NCBI GenBank assembly: GCA_034439575.1
Contig: JAWXAQ010000015.1
Location: 32,001-96,000, forward strand
DNA from: Leptospira sp.
Lineage (GTDB): Bacteria; Spirochaetota; Leptospiria; Leptospirales; Leptospiraceae
Direction of reading: 5' to 3'
Length of the DNA: 64,000 nt
This document shows positions 50,703 to 59,402 of the stretch, one piece after another. The notes beneath the pieces are model-generated. The model saw only the letters and a list, made by a program, of their open reading frames with translations. It did not search any database and was not told the origin of the DNA. Numbering within the stretch: the first letter of the stretch is position 1; each line of letters opens with the position of its first letter. The translations under genes and the position numbers were made by a program.

Positions 50703-52802
50703 TTATCGCAAGTAGGATCCTACTTCTAACACGATCAAGGTGACATCGTCTTTCCACTGATGTTTGTTCATCTTTGTAAACAATCCCTCGCTTATAAATT
50801 GGATAATTTCATCTAATGGTAAATTCCGGGATTTTGTTATAAGCTCCATTAACTCTTGCAATGCGGCACTACCATCCATTTCATTGAGTTCTTCAAATAT
50901 TCCATCCGAAAAAAGGAATACACGATCGTTTGTTTCAATTTTCACTTCTTGAAAACCAAATCGAAATTGTTCCAAAATCCCGATAATCGGTCCTGTATTT
51001 TCAAGCAGAATCACTTCTCCACCAGCTTTCTGTAAAACCTGATTTTGCATACCTGCTGCCGCAAAACGCATGATAGATTGAGAAAAATCAAAATCTACAG
51101 CAATGGCAGGAAAATAAATTTGTAAATCTGAATTTTTATCATAAAAATGTTGGTTTAGATAATACAAAAGATCATTTGGTTTTGTAGCGACCATATTCAA
51201 TCTTTCAAATTCTGATTGTATCATCATTGTATATAATGCGGCTTGTAATCCATGCCCAGTCGCATCACAAAGAAACACACGAACATATCCGTCTTGTATT
51301 TTTTTAATAAAAAAGATGTCACCACCTACATCTGCAAGTGGCTGAAACAATGTCCGAATTTCTAAATGGGGATTTAAATGAGGAACCGTCATTAAACCAT
51401 TCACTATACTCTTTGCTAGGCGAAGGTCTTTATTGATCTGATCTAATTTTCCTTGTAATTCGATAGTTTTATCTTTTACCTTCTCTTCCAATTTTTCGTT
51501 TAGATTTGTGAGTTCGTTTCGAACACCTTCCAAATCTGAATTTCTGTCGGATAGTTCTAATGCTAAATTTTCCGCATCGACAAACCCTTTTGAAAAATTA
51601 CGAGCAATCGAAATTGATTGAAAGAAAAACATCGTAAATATTCCATAATGCGCGAGTAAAGGACCAATGATTACAATATTATTCACTAACACGTCATTGA
51701 CAAAAGTAGCAAAAAAGATCAGAAAACTGGATAGAAAAAAAACAGAACCAGGGTGGCCACCACGAATCGCACGAACGACTATGATAAGACAAAATATAGC
51801 GCACGTTAAAGTAAATATTTGATATGGTAACATCAAATAAGTATAAAAAGATGTGCGAGTTAGTATTACGATTGTCGACATTGCAATGCCAAGATTAAAT
51901 ATCAATTTATAAACTAACTTGGGGAAATACGGCTGAAACATTAAATACATGTAACGACAAAAAACTGGCGTAACGAGAAAGAAGGTAAGATAACTTAATT
52001 TAACATGAATTTCAAATTGTAATTGGGGTATAAACATTGTTAGATATTTATTTCCAGTGATAAATACCCGGGAACTTATAAGAATACATGCCAATGCAAA
52101 CCAATAAGTATAAGGATCCTTTTTTCGCTTAAAAAACAAAAAAAGATGATAAACACCCATAAACAAAATGCTACCGACGAGGAGCATGTCTTGAAGGATT
52201 TCTTTTTCAAATTTTGAATGTATAATTTCTGTTCTGCCTACACTAATGATTTGAGCAGGACCACCTTTTCTATGATGGTAATTTGAAATTTGTAATAAAA
52301 GTTCTGATTCATTATTTTCGGGAACAAAATCTACGATGACAGGTCTATATCCAGGTCTCGCATTATTTTCTATAGGCGATACAACTCCATTTTTTGAAAC
52401 AAGTTTTACATCAATAAACAGATTGTAGGCGGTCTCCATTTCTGGAACCTTAAACGAGAGAGGTTGGTTTTTTAAATTATGAATCAGTTTTAATCGAAAT
52501 GTGGCAAATCCATCGGCGGATAAAAATCCACGTTCTAAAAACGGCTTTGACCAAACGCCCGGTATACGAAAGTATTCTGTATTTCCAATGGATTCGATAA
52601 GACTAACATCATTTGGGAATACAATCAATCGGGGATAATAAATCCAATCCCCTTTCAATAAAAGAACAGCCCCTTTATCTTTAAGATAATTGGAGGCATC
52701 TAAATTTCCAGTAATGGCCTCAGGAGGTAAAACTAATTTACCACAAGATAAGAAGATAAAAAGAAACGAAAGAGTAGATATCAGCCTTTTGAATAATACC
52801 AT
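50703..52802 (-). CDS. 7TM-DISM sensor PP2C/SpoIIE (RsbU-like) phosphatase
   Basis: Extracellular domain (QISNYHHRKGG), 7TM, coiled coil; VGGDIF, CDATGHG, FSDG, DDVTL intact. Confidence 0.9.
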   Translation of the reverse strand: MVLFKRLISTLSFLFIFLSCGKLVLPPEAITGNLDASNYLKDKGAVLLLKGDWIYYPRLIVFPNDVSLIESIGNTEYFRIPGVWSKPFLERGFLSADGFATFRLKLIHNLKNQPLSFKVPEMETAYNLFIDVKLVSKNGVVSPIENNARPGYRPVIVDFVPENNESELLLQISNYHHRKGGPAQIISVGRTEIIHSKFEKEILQDMLLVGSILFMGVYHLFLFFKRKKDPYTYWFALACILISSRVFITGNKYLTMFIPQLQFEIHVKLSYLTFFLVTPVFCRYMYLMFQPYFPKLVYKLIFNLGIAMSTIVILTRTSFYTYLMLPYQIFTLTCAIFCLIIVVRAIRGGHPGSVFFLSSFLIFFATFVNDVLVNNIVIIGPLLAHYGIFTMFFFQSISIARNFSKGFVDAENLALELSDRNSDLEGVRNELTNLNEKLEEKVKDKTIELQGKLDQINKDLRLAKSIVNGLMTVPHLNPHLEIRTLFQPLADVGGDIFFIKKIQDGYVRVFLCDATGHGLQAALYTMMIQSEFERLNMVATKPNDLLYYLNQHFYDKNSDLQIYFPAIAVDFDFSQSIMRFAAAGMQNQVLQKAGGEVILLENTGPIIGILEQFRFGFQEVKIETNDRVFLFSDGIFEELNEMDGSAALQELMELITKSRNLPLDEIIQFISEGLFTKMNKHQWKDDVTLIVLEVGSYLR

Positions 52803-52822
52803 ACTCTTCCTTTTCGTTTTAT

Positions 52823-54103
52823 TTAAATACGACTTTGCATCGGAATGTATTTACGTTGGTTTTCGCCTACGTATATCTGCTTCGGTCTTACTTTACTAAA
52901 ATCACCTTTTTTTCTTTGTTCTTTCCAATGAGCAAGCCAACCAGGCAATCGTCCTATCACTTGCATGACCGAAAACATAGTCTTCGGAATCCCTAAAGTA
53001 TGGAAGGCCAAACCCGAATAGTATTCTAAATTTGGATAGAGAAGATTATCAATAAAATATTGATCATTCCAAACAAGTTCATCAATTTTTAAAGCTGTTT
53101 CTTCTATCGCATCCAATTTTCTATTTTTGTAGAATTCTTGTACGATACCTCGTGCTACTTTTGCCCTAGGACTCACCACATCGTACGCTTTTTGACCAAA
53201 TCCATTGGATGATAATTTGGCTTCGCCGGTTTTAAATCTTTCGAAGTAATCTTTAACGGGTGTTTTTGATCGAATGATGTCTTCTATCAATTCAATGGCG
53301 GCTGTAGGTCTACCACCTTCTCTCGCACCCCATTGTGCCATAATACCAGCAGAAATACAGGCAAACAAATTTGCTTTTGTAGAACCTACCACCTGTACGG
53401 CGGTATTGGATACGTTTTGTTCGTGGTCGGCATGAAGAATCCAAAATTGATTTAATAATTTATCGAAGCCGTCTGGTACATCATACTGTTTGGCGGGAAC
53501 TGAATGCATCATATGTAAAAAATTTGTACAATAAGGATTTTTATCCAATGGATAAACAAAAGGATGGCCAACAGAATGTTTATAAGTAAATGCGGCGATG
53601 GTCCTTATCTTTGCAAGTAATCGTGCAATGAGATCAACGCCCATATCCAATTTTTCTTCGTAATCTTCTTGGTAATAACTGGAGAGCGATGTTACCATAA
53701 CAGAGAGTACAGCAAGTGGATTGGCAACACCAGGAAATCCATCAAATAAATTTAACATATCTTCGTGAATCATTGAATGTTTTGAAAGGCGGCCAGAAAA
53801 ATCACTTAGCTCTTTTTTATTTGGAAGATCACCATAAATTAAAAGGTAAGATGTTTCTACAAATGTAGATTGGTGTGCAAGCTCTATTACGTCATATCCG
53901 CGATAGGTGAGCTCACCTTTATCAGGATCTCGCCTTGATACTTTTGATAATCCTAAGGCAGTATTGAATAATCCTTGGTCTATGGTAACTAAACCCGTTT
54001 TTCTATAAAAGTCAGTGAGATCGATTCCTTCTTTTCCATCTGTTCCAATAACAATGGGAAACTGGTATGCCTTACCTTTGATGTGGATATCCACTTGGTT
54101 CAT
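52823..54103 (-). CDS. Citrate synthase (GltA type II) paralogue with substituted catalytic residues
   Basis: GELTYRGY, LHADHEQN, GWLAHW and RPKQIY conserved; WGAREGG, GFGQKAY and YPNLEYYSG replace the canonical HGG, GFGH and NVDF motifs. Confidence 0.85.
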   Translation of the reverse strand: MNQVDIHIKGKAYQFPIVIGTDGKEGIDLTDFYRKTGLVTIDQGLFNTALGLSKVSRRDPDKGELTYRGYDVIELAHQSTFVETSYLLIYGDLPNKKELSDFSGRLSKHSMIHEDMLNLFDGFPGVANPLAVLSVMVTSLSSYYQEDYEEKLDMGVDLIARLLAKIRTIAAFTYKHSVGHPFVYPLDKNPYCTNFLHMMHSVPAKQYDVPDGFDKLLNQFWILHADHEQNVSNTAVQVVGSTKANLFACISAGIMAQWGAREGGRPTAAIELIEDIIRSKTPVKDYFERFKTGEAKLSSNGFGQKAYDVVSPRAKVARGIVQEFYKNRKLDAIEETALKIDELVWNDQYFIDNLLYPNLEYYSGLAFHTLGIPKTMFSVMQVIGRLPGWLAHWKEQRKKGDFSKVRPKQIYVGENQRKYIPMQSRI

Positions 54104-54158
54104 TCGAAAACCTCTCTACCACAATACTCAGGAAGGGAAGTTAAGAATCTAGAAGAAT

Positions 54159-54509
54159 TTAAGATTGGGTGATAGCAGAATCGAGAGAATCGTGAATCAA
54201 AACAAAGTCAGTGAGTCCCACAATATCCATAACTTTACGGAAATGATTGTTTAGGCCTGCGAATTCGATTTTGCCATGACTTTCAGATGATTTTGTAATC
54301 AAACTGATAAGAGTAGCTATGCCCGCAGAATTGATATAAGAAGTGTCTGTGAAATTCAAGATGACACGAGATTTTTTATCCGTAGGAATCGATTCGTAAG
54401 ACTGTACGATTTCATCTTCGGCTTCGGATGTGATCTCACCAGCAATATGAATCACAGGAAGAGCTCCTCCATTTTCAAATCCAAGACGAATTTTAAATTC
54501 CTCGATCAT
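54159..54509 (-). CDS. STAS domain anti-sigma-factor antagonist (RsbV-like)
   Basis: VILNFTDTSYINSAGIATL with phosphoacceptor Ser; VMDIVGL. Confidence 0.9.
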   Translation of the reverse strand: MIEEFKIRLGFENGGALPVIHIAGEITSEAEDEIVQSYESIPTDKKSRVILNFTDTSYINSAGIATLISLITKSSESHGKIEFAGLNNHFRKVMDIVGLTDFVLIHDSLDSAITQS

Positions 54510-54551
54510 TTGCTTCCAGGGAAATCGTTCAGAGAGAGGGGTCAATCAAAA

Positions 54552-54773
54552 TTAGCCCTTACTTTTTCTTTCTTCTTTCGAAAGTCTTCCAAAGGGTTGT
54601 TTGCAAGTGCGACATACATAATATATATCAATTGGTGAAGCAGAGATACCAATCAATCCCATCGCAATCATTCCCCAAGTAGAGTATTTCACTACTTTTC
54701 TGGCATTTTCAGAATCACGTGTAGTGCCACAGTCACAGGATACTCGATCGGCTTTTTTTAATTGGGAGGTCAT
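54552..54773 (-). CDS. Small Cys-rich protein with hydrophobic insert (zinc-ribbon-like)
   Basis: CDCG..WGMIAMGLIGIS..CRTC. Confidence 0.65.
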   Translation of the reverse strand: MTSQLKKADRVSCDCGTTRDSENARKVVKYSTWGMIAMGLIGISASPIDIYYVCRTCKQPFGRLSKEERKSKG

Positions 54774-54830
54774 AAAGTCAGCTTCCGATCCCACTCGAAA
54801 AAAACGAGTAAGATCGGATAGAAAGAAAAT

Positions 54831-55232
54831 TTAATTTTTTCCGAGATGTTCTACGTATTTTGCTAAAACAGGAATATCATTTCCTAAGTGTTTGTAAGCA
54901 ACCATAGGAGATCCTTTGATCCCTTCATTAAGTGTTTTTGTAATACCTGCAATGGTGTTTCCATTTTTCCATTCTGAAGAAGGAGCTTTGAAATTTCTAG
55001 GTTTTGGGTTGAGGGCAGCTGCAGCAGCACCGTCTCCACCACCTTTTTCACCGTGGCAAGATGCACAATTTTGTAAAAAGATTTCTTCGCCGCGAGCGAG
55101 TTCAGGATCTACAGTAACTGCAGGTGCAGTTTCAGTTGTAGTAGTTTCAGCAGGTTTGTCACCGCCACATGCAATCATAGTGAGTGCAAGTGCAACAACA
55201 GATATAGAAATTAAGAGTTTGTTCAATTTCAT
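54831..55232 (-). CDS. Monoheme cytochrome c lipoprotein
   Basis: GGAG RBS, lipobox MIAC, NCASCHG, PKPRNF, GSPM axial Met. Confidence 0.9.
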   Translation of the reverse strand: MKLNKLLISISVVALALTMIACGGDKPAETTTTETAPAVTVDPELARGEEIFLQNCASCHGEKGGGDGAAAAALNPKPRNFKAPSSEWKNGNTIAGITKTLNEGIKGSPMVAYKHLGNDIPVLAKYVEHLGKN

Positions 55233-55296
55233 TTCTCTCTCCAAAGTAATGGTTACTTCCAATGAATTGTCACAGAAGTGTTTTGGCGAGAAGATT

Positions 55297-56211
55297 TCAG
55301 GATTTGCCCAAGAGATTTCGTAAGGCTTCACTGAGATTTTGAAACTGAAACTCATAACCTTCTTCTAGAAGTCTCTTAGGTGCAATGTATTGGCCTTCCG
55401 TAATCACTTGAGCTCCCTCTCCATATAATGCTTGTATAGCGATCGCAGGGATTTTGAAAATGGCTGGGCGAAAAAGTGTTTGTGCAAGTTGTTTAGAGAA
55501 TTCAAAATTACTGCAAGGATTTGGAGATACAATATTATAAGATCCTTCGGCAGATCTCTTGGTTAACAAATACAAGGTGGAAGATACAAAATCTCCGATA
55601 TGTATCCAACTAATTCCTTGTTCGCCTGTGGCAATTGGTCCACCTACACCAAATTGAAACGGAGGAATCATCTTTTCTAAGGCACCACCCTTTGGTGATA
55701 GGACGATGCCTGTGCGTAATACTATGACTCTGATGCCTTTTTCTTTGAGGGGCTCGACTTCTTTTTCCCAATCTACACAAATGGAAGCTAAAAAATCCGA
55801 GCCAGGGACTTGGGTTTCATCATATGGTGCATGTCTTGAAGCAGACATACCGTAATATCCTACGGCGGATCCTTGCAAAAAAACTTTTGGTGGGTTTTTA
55901 CAATCGCGGATCCTTGCAACTAGACCCCGAGTAAAATCTATTCGTGAAATACGAATTAAATGTTTTCTTTCATTTGTCCACCGAACACCCGCTATTGGTT
56001 CACCAACTAAATTGATCATGGCATCTAGTCCTTCCAATTGTTGGGAAGTGGGAATTGTCGTGGTGACCAGTTCGATTTCTGAAAATTGTTTTAAATCATT
56101 TGGTAGTTCTGTTCTGCGTGAAAAAACTCTAAATTGGTGACCACGTTTAATCCAATACGGGATAAGCTCACTACCGATTAAACCTGTGCCACCGAGTATG
56201 CCAATTTTCAT
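55297..56211 (-). CDS. TIGR01777/YfcH family NAD-dependent epimerase-like oxidoreductase
   Basis: GGTGLIG, INLVGEPIA..RWT, SAVGYYG, RTGIVL, SWIHI. Confidence 0.92.
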   Translation of the reverse strand: MKIGILGGTGLIGSELIPYWIKRGHQFRVFSRRTELPNDLKQFSEIELVTTTIPTSQQLEGLDAMINLVGEPIAGVRWTNERKHLIRISRIDFTRGLVARIRDCKNPPKVFLQGSAVGYYGMSASRHAPYDETQVPGSDFLASICVDWEKEVEPLKEKGIRVIVLRTGIVLSPKGGALEKMIPPFQFGVGGPIATGEQGISWIHIGDFVSSTLYLLTKRSAEGSYNIVSPNPCSNFEFSKQLAQTLFRPAIFKIPAIAIQALYGEGAQVITEGQYIAPKRLLEEGYEFQFQNLSEALRNLLGKS

Positions 56212-56282
56212 ATGTCTAGTTTCCAATCAGAAAGAAAAAAGAAGTAGAACTTTTTAGGAGAGAATCAATATTTTTAGAATTC

Positions 56283-56864
56283 ATGCGGATCGCTACAATT
56301 ATCCCACTCATTGTTTGGACATTGGCCATAATACTTGGCAATTATCATTTGGTTTCTTCAACGAATCAAAAAATAGAAACATATCATAACTCCCCACCTT
56401 TTCGAATCGGTGCCTTGTTCCATGGAAAAGATTTATCCAATCTGTTAGACTCTGATCCCAATACGATTTGGGAAAGAAAAGAAAAACAAGAAGGCCAAGC
56501 CGATTTTTTTCTCGAACTCAAACTCACACATTTTTGGTCGGGAAATGAATTCAGTCCCTTTCCAGTAAAAGAAATAGTATGGGTTTCATGTAACGGACGT
56601 ACAATCCCTGAATTTACTGCCAAATTGATTTTAAGAGAAGCAATCAATGTGGATAAAGAACTCCGTCTACCAATTGACACCTTCATCCAAACTTTTGTTT
56701 CAAAAGATAAAAATCAAACTTATATCACGAAACCCATCCTTAACACACAACCTTTAAAAAAAGAATCCGTTTACCCCAATGGAATCTATATTTATACATT
56801 GGAAATGAGTTTACCAAAACCAATTTCACCTAACGATTGCTTTTCGGAAATAAGGATAAACTAA
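56283..56864 (+). CDS. Exported/anchored hypothetical protein (discoidin-like motif)
   Basis: N-terminal hydrophobic helix; LLDSDPNTIW; 7 bp upstream of the AAA gene. Confidence 0.65.
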   Translation: MRIATIIPLIVWTLAIILGNYHLVSSTNQKIETYHNSPPFRIGALFHGKDLSNLLDSDPNTIWERKEKQEGQADFFLELKLTHFWSGNEFSPFPVKEIVWVSCNGRTIPEFTAKLILREAINVDKELRLPIDTFIQTFVSKDKNQTYITKPILNTQPLKKESVYPNGIYIYTLEMSLPKPISPNDCFSEIRIN

Positions 56865-56871
56865 GAATACT

Positions 56872-58455
56872 ATGGAATTAAAAAATTCTTCAAAAAAAGT
56901 ATCTCAATCACCTACCATTCCTCAAAAAAAAGAAGGAACAAAAAAATTTGATATTGAAAGCCTTTTAGAAGAAGGACCTCTTCCCATTCATTCATCTATG
57001 GATGAAACCTTGGGCTTAGATGAAAAACTCAGAAAGGCTTATTTCTGGATTATAAATAATGCTATCATAAATCCATTTTATGACATCGAATACAATGGTA
57101 AATCTCCAGTTCAATTTATCATCGGTGATTTAAAAACAAAAATTGTTCTGCCATCTAATCAAAGTTATTCTAGTTTTGTCTTGTTACCACTTTTGACACT
57201 GGTGGTTCGAGGGAAATGTTTACTTGTCGGTGGACCTGGTCGGGGAAAAACAGCATCAGCTATTCTTATGGGAGTGATCGCAGGTTATTCTTTAAAAGAT
57301 ATCAAACGAGCCATACAACACGGTCAACCTCAAATGACGATCACTGATTTACTAGGTAACCCATTACCTTCCGATTTGATGAATGCCAAAAGTATGGATG
57401 AAATTAAAATCTCTTGGAGAAAATGGCTCGGGATGCGGGTCAAAGTCATAGATGAATACAATCGTATCCCTACTCGTACACAATCTGCCTTATTAACTGT
57501 TCTAGGTGACAACTATGCCGAGTTATATGATCAGGTTTTTGATTGCCCTGAAGCCGCATGGTATCTAACAGCTAACGATGATGCAGGTGGCGGAACATAC
57601 CAAGTTATAGAAGCATTAAAAGATAGGATTGATATTGTAGTTAAGGCATTACATTTCAACACACGCTTTATAAAAGAATTATTACAACGAGTGGAAGAAA
57701 ATTTTAAACCAGAAGCAATGGTTCCAAAGGAAATTATTTTTTCTGAAGAAGAAATTCAAAAGATCAATGATCAAATTCGAATGATTGAATTTCCAGAACC
57801 ACTTAGACGGCGTATGGAATTCTTTGCCGCTCAGTTCGAATTTTTTGAAACTGGCGGGGAACAGATAGAATACAAAACTAAAGATACAGTCAAGTTATCA
57901 ATGGCGGATTTTTCGAGCCTTGCGGCTCTTGACCAGGGCAAAGACAAAAAAAAAGATTTAGGATCACAAACAAAAAACGGTCTTTCTGTTAGAGCCATTT
58001 TTACTTGTTTGAATTATGCTAAGGCATTAGCTTATTTTAGGGGATTAACGGCTGTCACACTGGATGATTTAGCTCATGTTTTACCTTTTGTATTACATGA
58101 TAAATTAGTTCAAAATTCTGATTCTCCATTTTTTGAAGATTCTGGTCATGCAGTATACCGAAGTGATAAAGTTAGCTGGATACGAAAATTATTTGAACTT
58201 TCTTGTGCTGAATATGATCGACTAGGCTTGGACAAAAATGATCCAGTCGCTAATCTTTCCTCACTCTTTGAAGGCGGGCTCGAAGGTTTAAGTCTTTCCC
58301 AAACAAAAGAACGCATCGTCGCAATAGAAAAAGAAGTCGAGACAATCAGTAAACAGAGAAAAATTTACGGTCATGTATATGATGATCTTCTAAAACTTAA
58401 ATACCTTCACCAAAGATATACAAACTACGAACGTTGGTTAGAGGAAAACGGATGA
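56872..58455 (+). CDS. MoxR-like AAA+ ATPase
   Basis: Walker A GGPGRGKT, Walker B VIDEYNR, TQSALL, sensor-I TAN, ALKDRID Arg finger, SVRA sensor II. Confidence 0.9.
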   Translation: MELKNSSKKVSQSPTIPQKKEGTKKFDIESLLEEGPLPIHSSMDETLGLDEKLRKAYFWIINNAIINPFYDIEYNGKSPVQFIIGDLKTKIVLPSNQSYSSFVLLPLLTLVVRGKCLLVGGPGRGKTASAILMGVIAGYSLKDIKRAIQHGQPQMTITDLLGNPLPSDLMNAKSMDEIKISWRKWLGMRVKVIDEYNRIPTRTQSALLTVLGDNYAELYDQVFDCPEAAWYLTANDDAGGGTYQVIEALKDRIDIVVKALHFNTRFIKELLQRVEENFKPEAMVPKEIIFSEEEIQKINDQIRMIEFPEPLRRRMEFFAAQFEFFETGGEQIEYKTKDTVKLSMADFSSLAALDQGKDKKKDLGSQTKNGLSVRAIFTCLNYAKALAYFRGLTAVTLDDLAHVLPFVLHDKLVQNSDSPFFEDSGHAVYRSDKVSWIRKLFELSCAEYDRLGLDKNDPVANLSSLFEGGLEGLSLSQTKERIVAIEKEVETISKQRKIYGHVYDDLLKLKYLHQRYTNYERWLEENG

Positions 58456-59402
58456 TACCAACAGTTTGGAAAGAATTCTTAAAACAAGAAAAGAATCTAT
58501 TAAACCAAATTGTAATTTTTTATAAACAAAATCATTCTAATTTTCAAACCGAATTAGTTGGTGAATTTTTAATTCCATACTATACGGCTCTAGGAAAATC
58601 CATTCCAGAACCAAAATCTTTTGAGGAAGTACAAGAAAGTTTTGAAATGTTGATCAAACTGATTCAAAAAGGATATCTCCGAGATCCTAAAGGTCAAAAA
58701 GAAATCCTCTTTTTTAAATTGATAGAATCAATGAGTAAACCGCTCACCGAGAACTTTTTGTTATCTATTAGTTATTTGATAAATGTTTCATCTAAATTAA
58801 AAGGAGTTTCAGAAGAAAAATTCTTAAACCAACTTTTATTATTAAGACAGCATATCGATACATTAGAAATTTTTAAACTAACTTTGATTACATTGATTTG
58901 GGTGGATGGTCATCCAGAATACCGCATTGAAGCTTTAAATGTTTATAAAAAATTACCAAAACCCATTCAAATAGAATTCTCAAAATCATTTTATGATTCC
59001 CCAGAAGAATTTCATCAAACACTCACAAAAAATCCTTTTGGTATCAAAGATATTAAACAGGAAATAGATATTAAATATAAAATAATATCATCTCATCCAT
59101 TACTCGGTGGTGAATTTAAAATCCAACCTTTGTTAAATGAATTTGAAAATAATTTTTACGCAATTGTGGGAACTGAATCCTACCAAATTCATTTTGATTT
59201 ATTTGGATCCACGGTTCATCCTGTAGGTTTAAATTTAAAAAGCAAGCTAGGAAAACTTTCCACCCCATTTTGGAAAAATATCATTATCAAATTTTTTAAT
59301 GAAAATCAAATCACTTCCGTTATTGAAACGGAAAATTTTGCACTTATCACTTTAAACGAATCCTATTCAGTTTATCTTTTCTATAGAGCTGCAAAAAAAT
59401 GA
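58452..59402 (+). CDS. Hypothetical protein of the AAA/vWA operon
   Basis: ATGA overlaps at both ends; helical N-terminal half, beta-rich C-terminal half (LGGEF..QP, DLFG). Confidence 0.75.
   Translation: MIPTVWKEFLKQEKNLLNQIVIFYKQNHSNFQTELVGEFLIPYYTALGKSIPEPKSFEEVQESFEMLIKLIQKGYLRDPKGQKEILFFKLIESMSKPLTENFLLSISYLINVSSKLKGVSEEKFLNQLLLLRQHIDTLEIFKLTLITLIWVDGHPEYRIEALNVYKKLPKPIQIEFSKSFYDSPEEFHQTLTKNPFGIKDIKQEIDIKYKIISSHPLLGGEFKIQPLLNEFENNFYAIVGTESYQIHFDLFGSTVHPVGLNLKSKLGKLSTPFWKNIIIKFFNENQITSVIETENFALITLNESYSVYLFYRAAKK

Noticed and set aside
52823-54103. Citrate synthase paralogue as a decayed pseudogene
   Set aside because: The frame is intact and full-length with conserved structural motifs; the changes noted concentrate at catalytic positions.
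54831-55355. Track start at 55355 for the cytochrome c
   Set aside because: It overlaps the upstream gene; the ATG at 55232 has an RBS and begins a proper lipoprotein signal.
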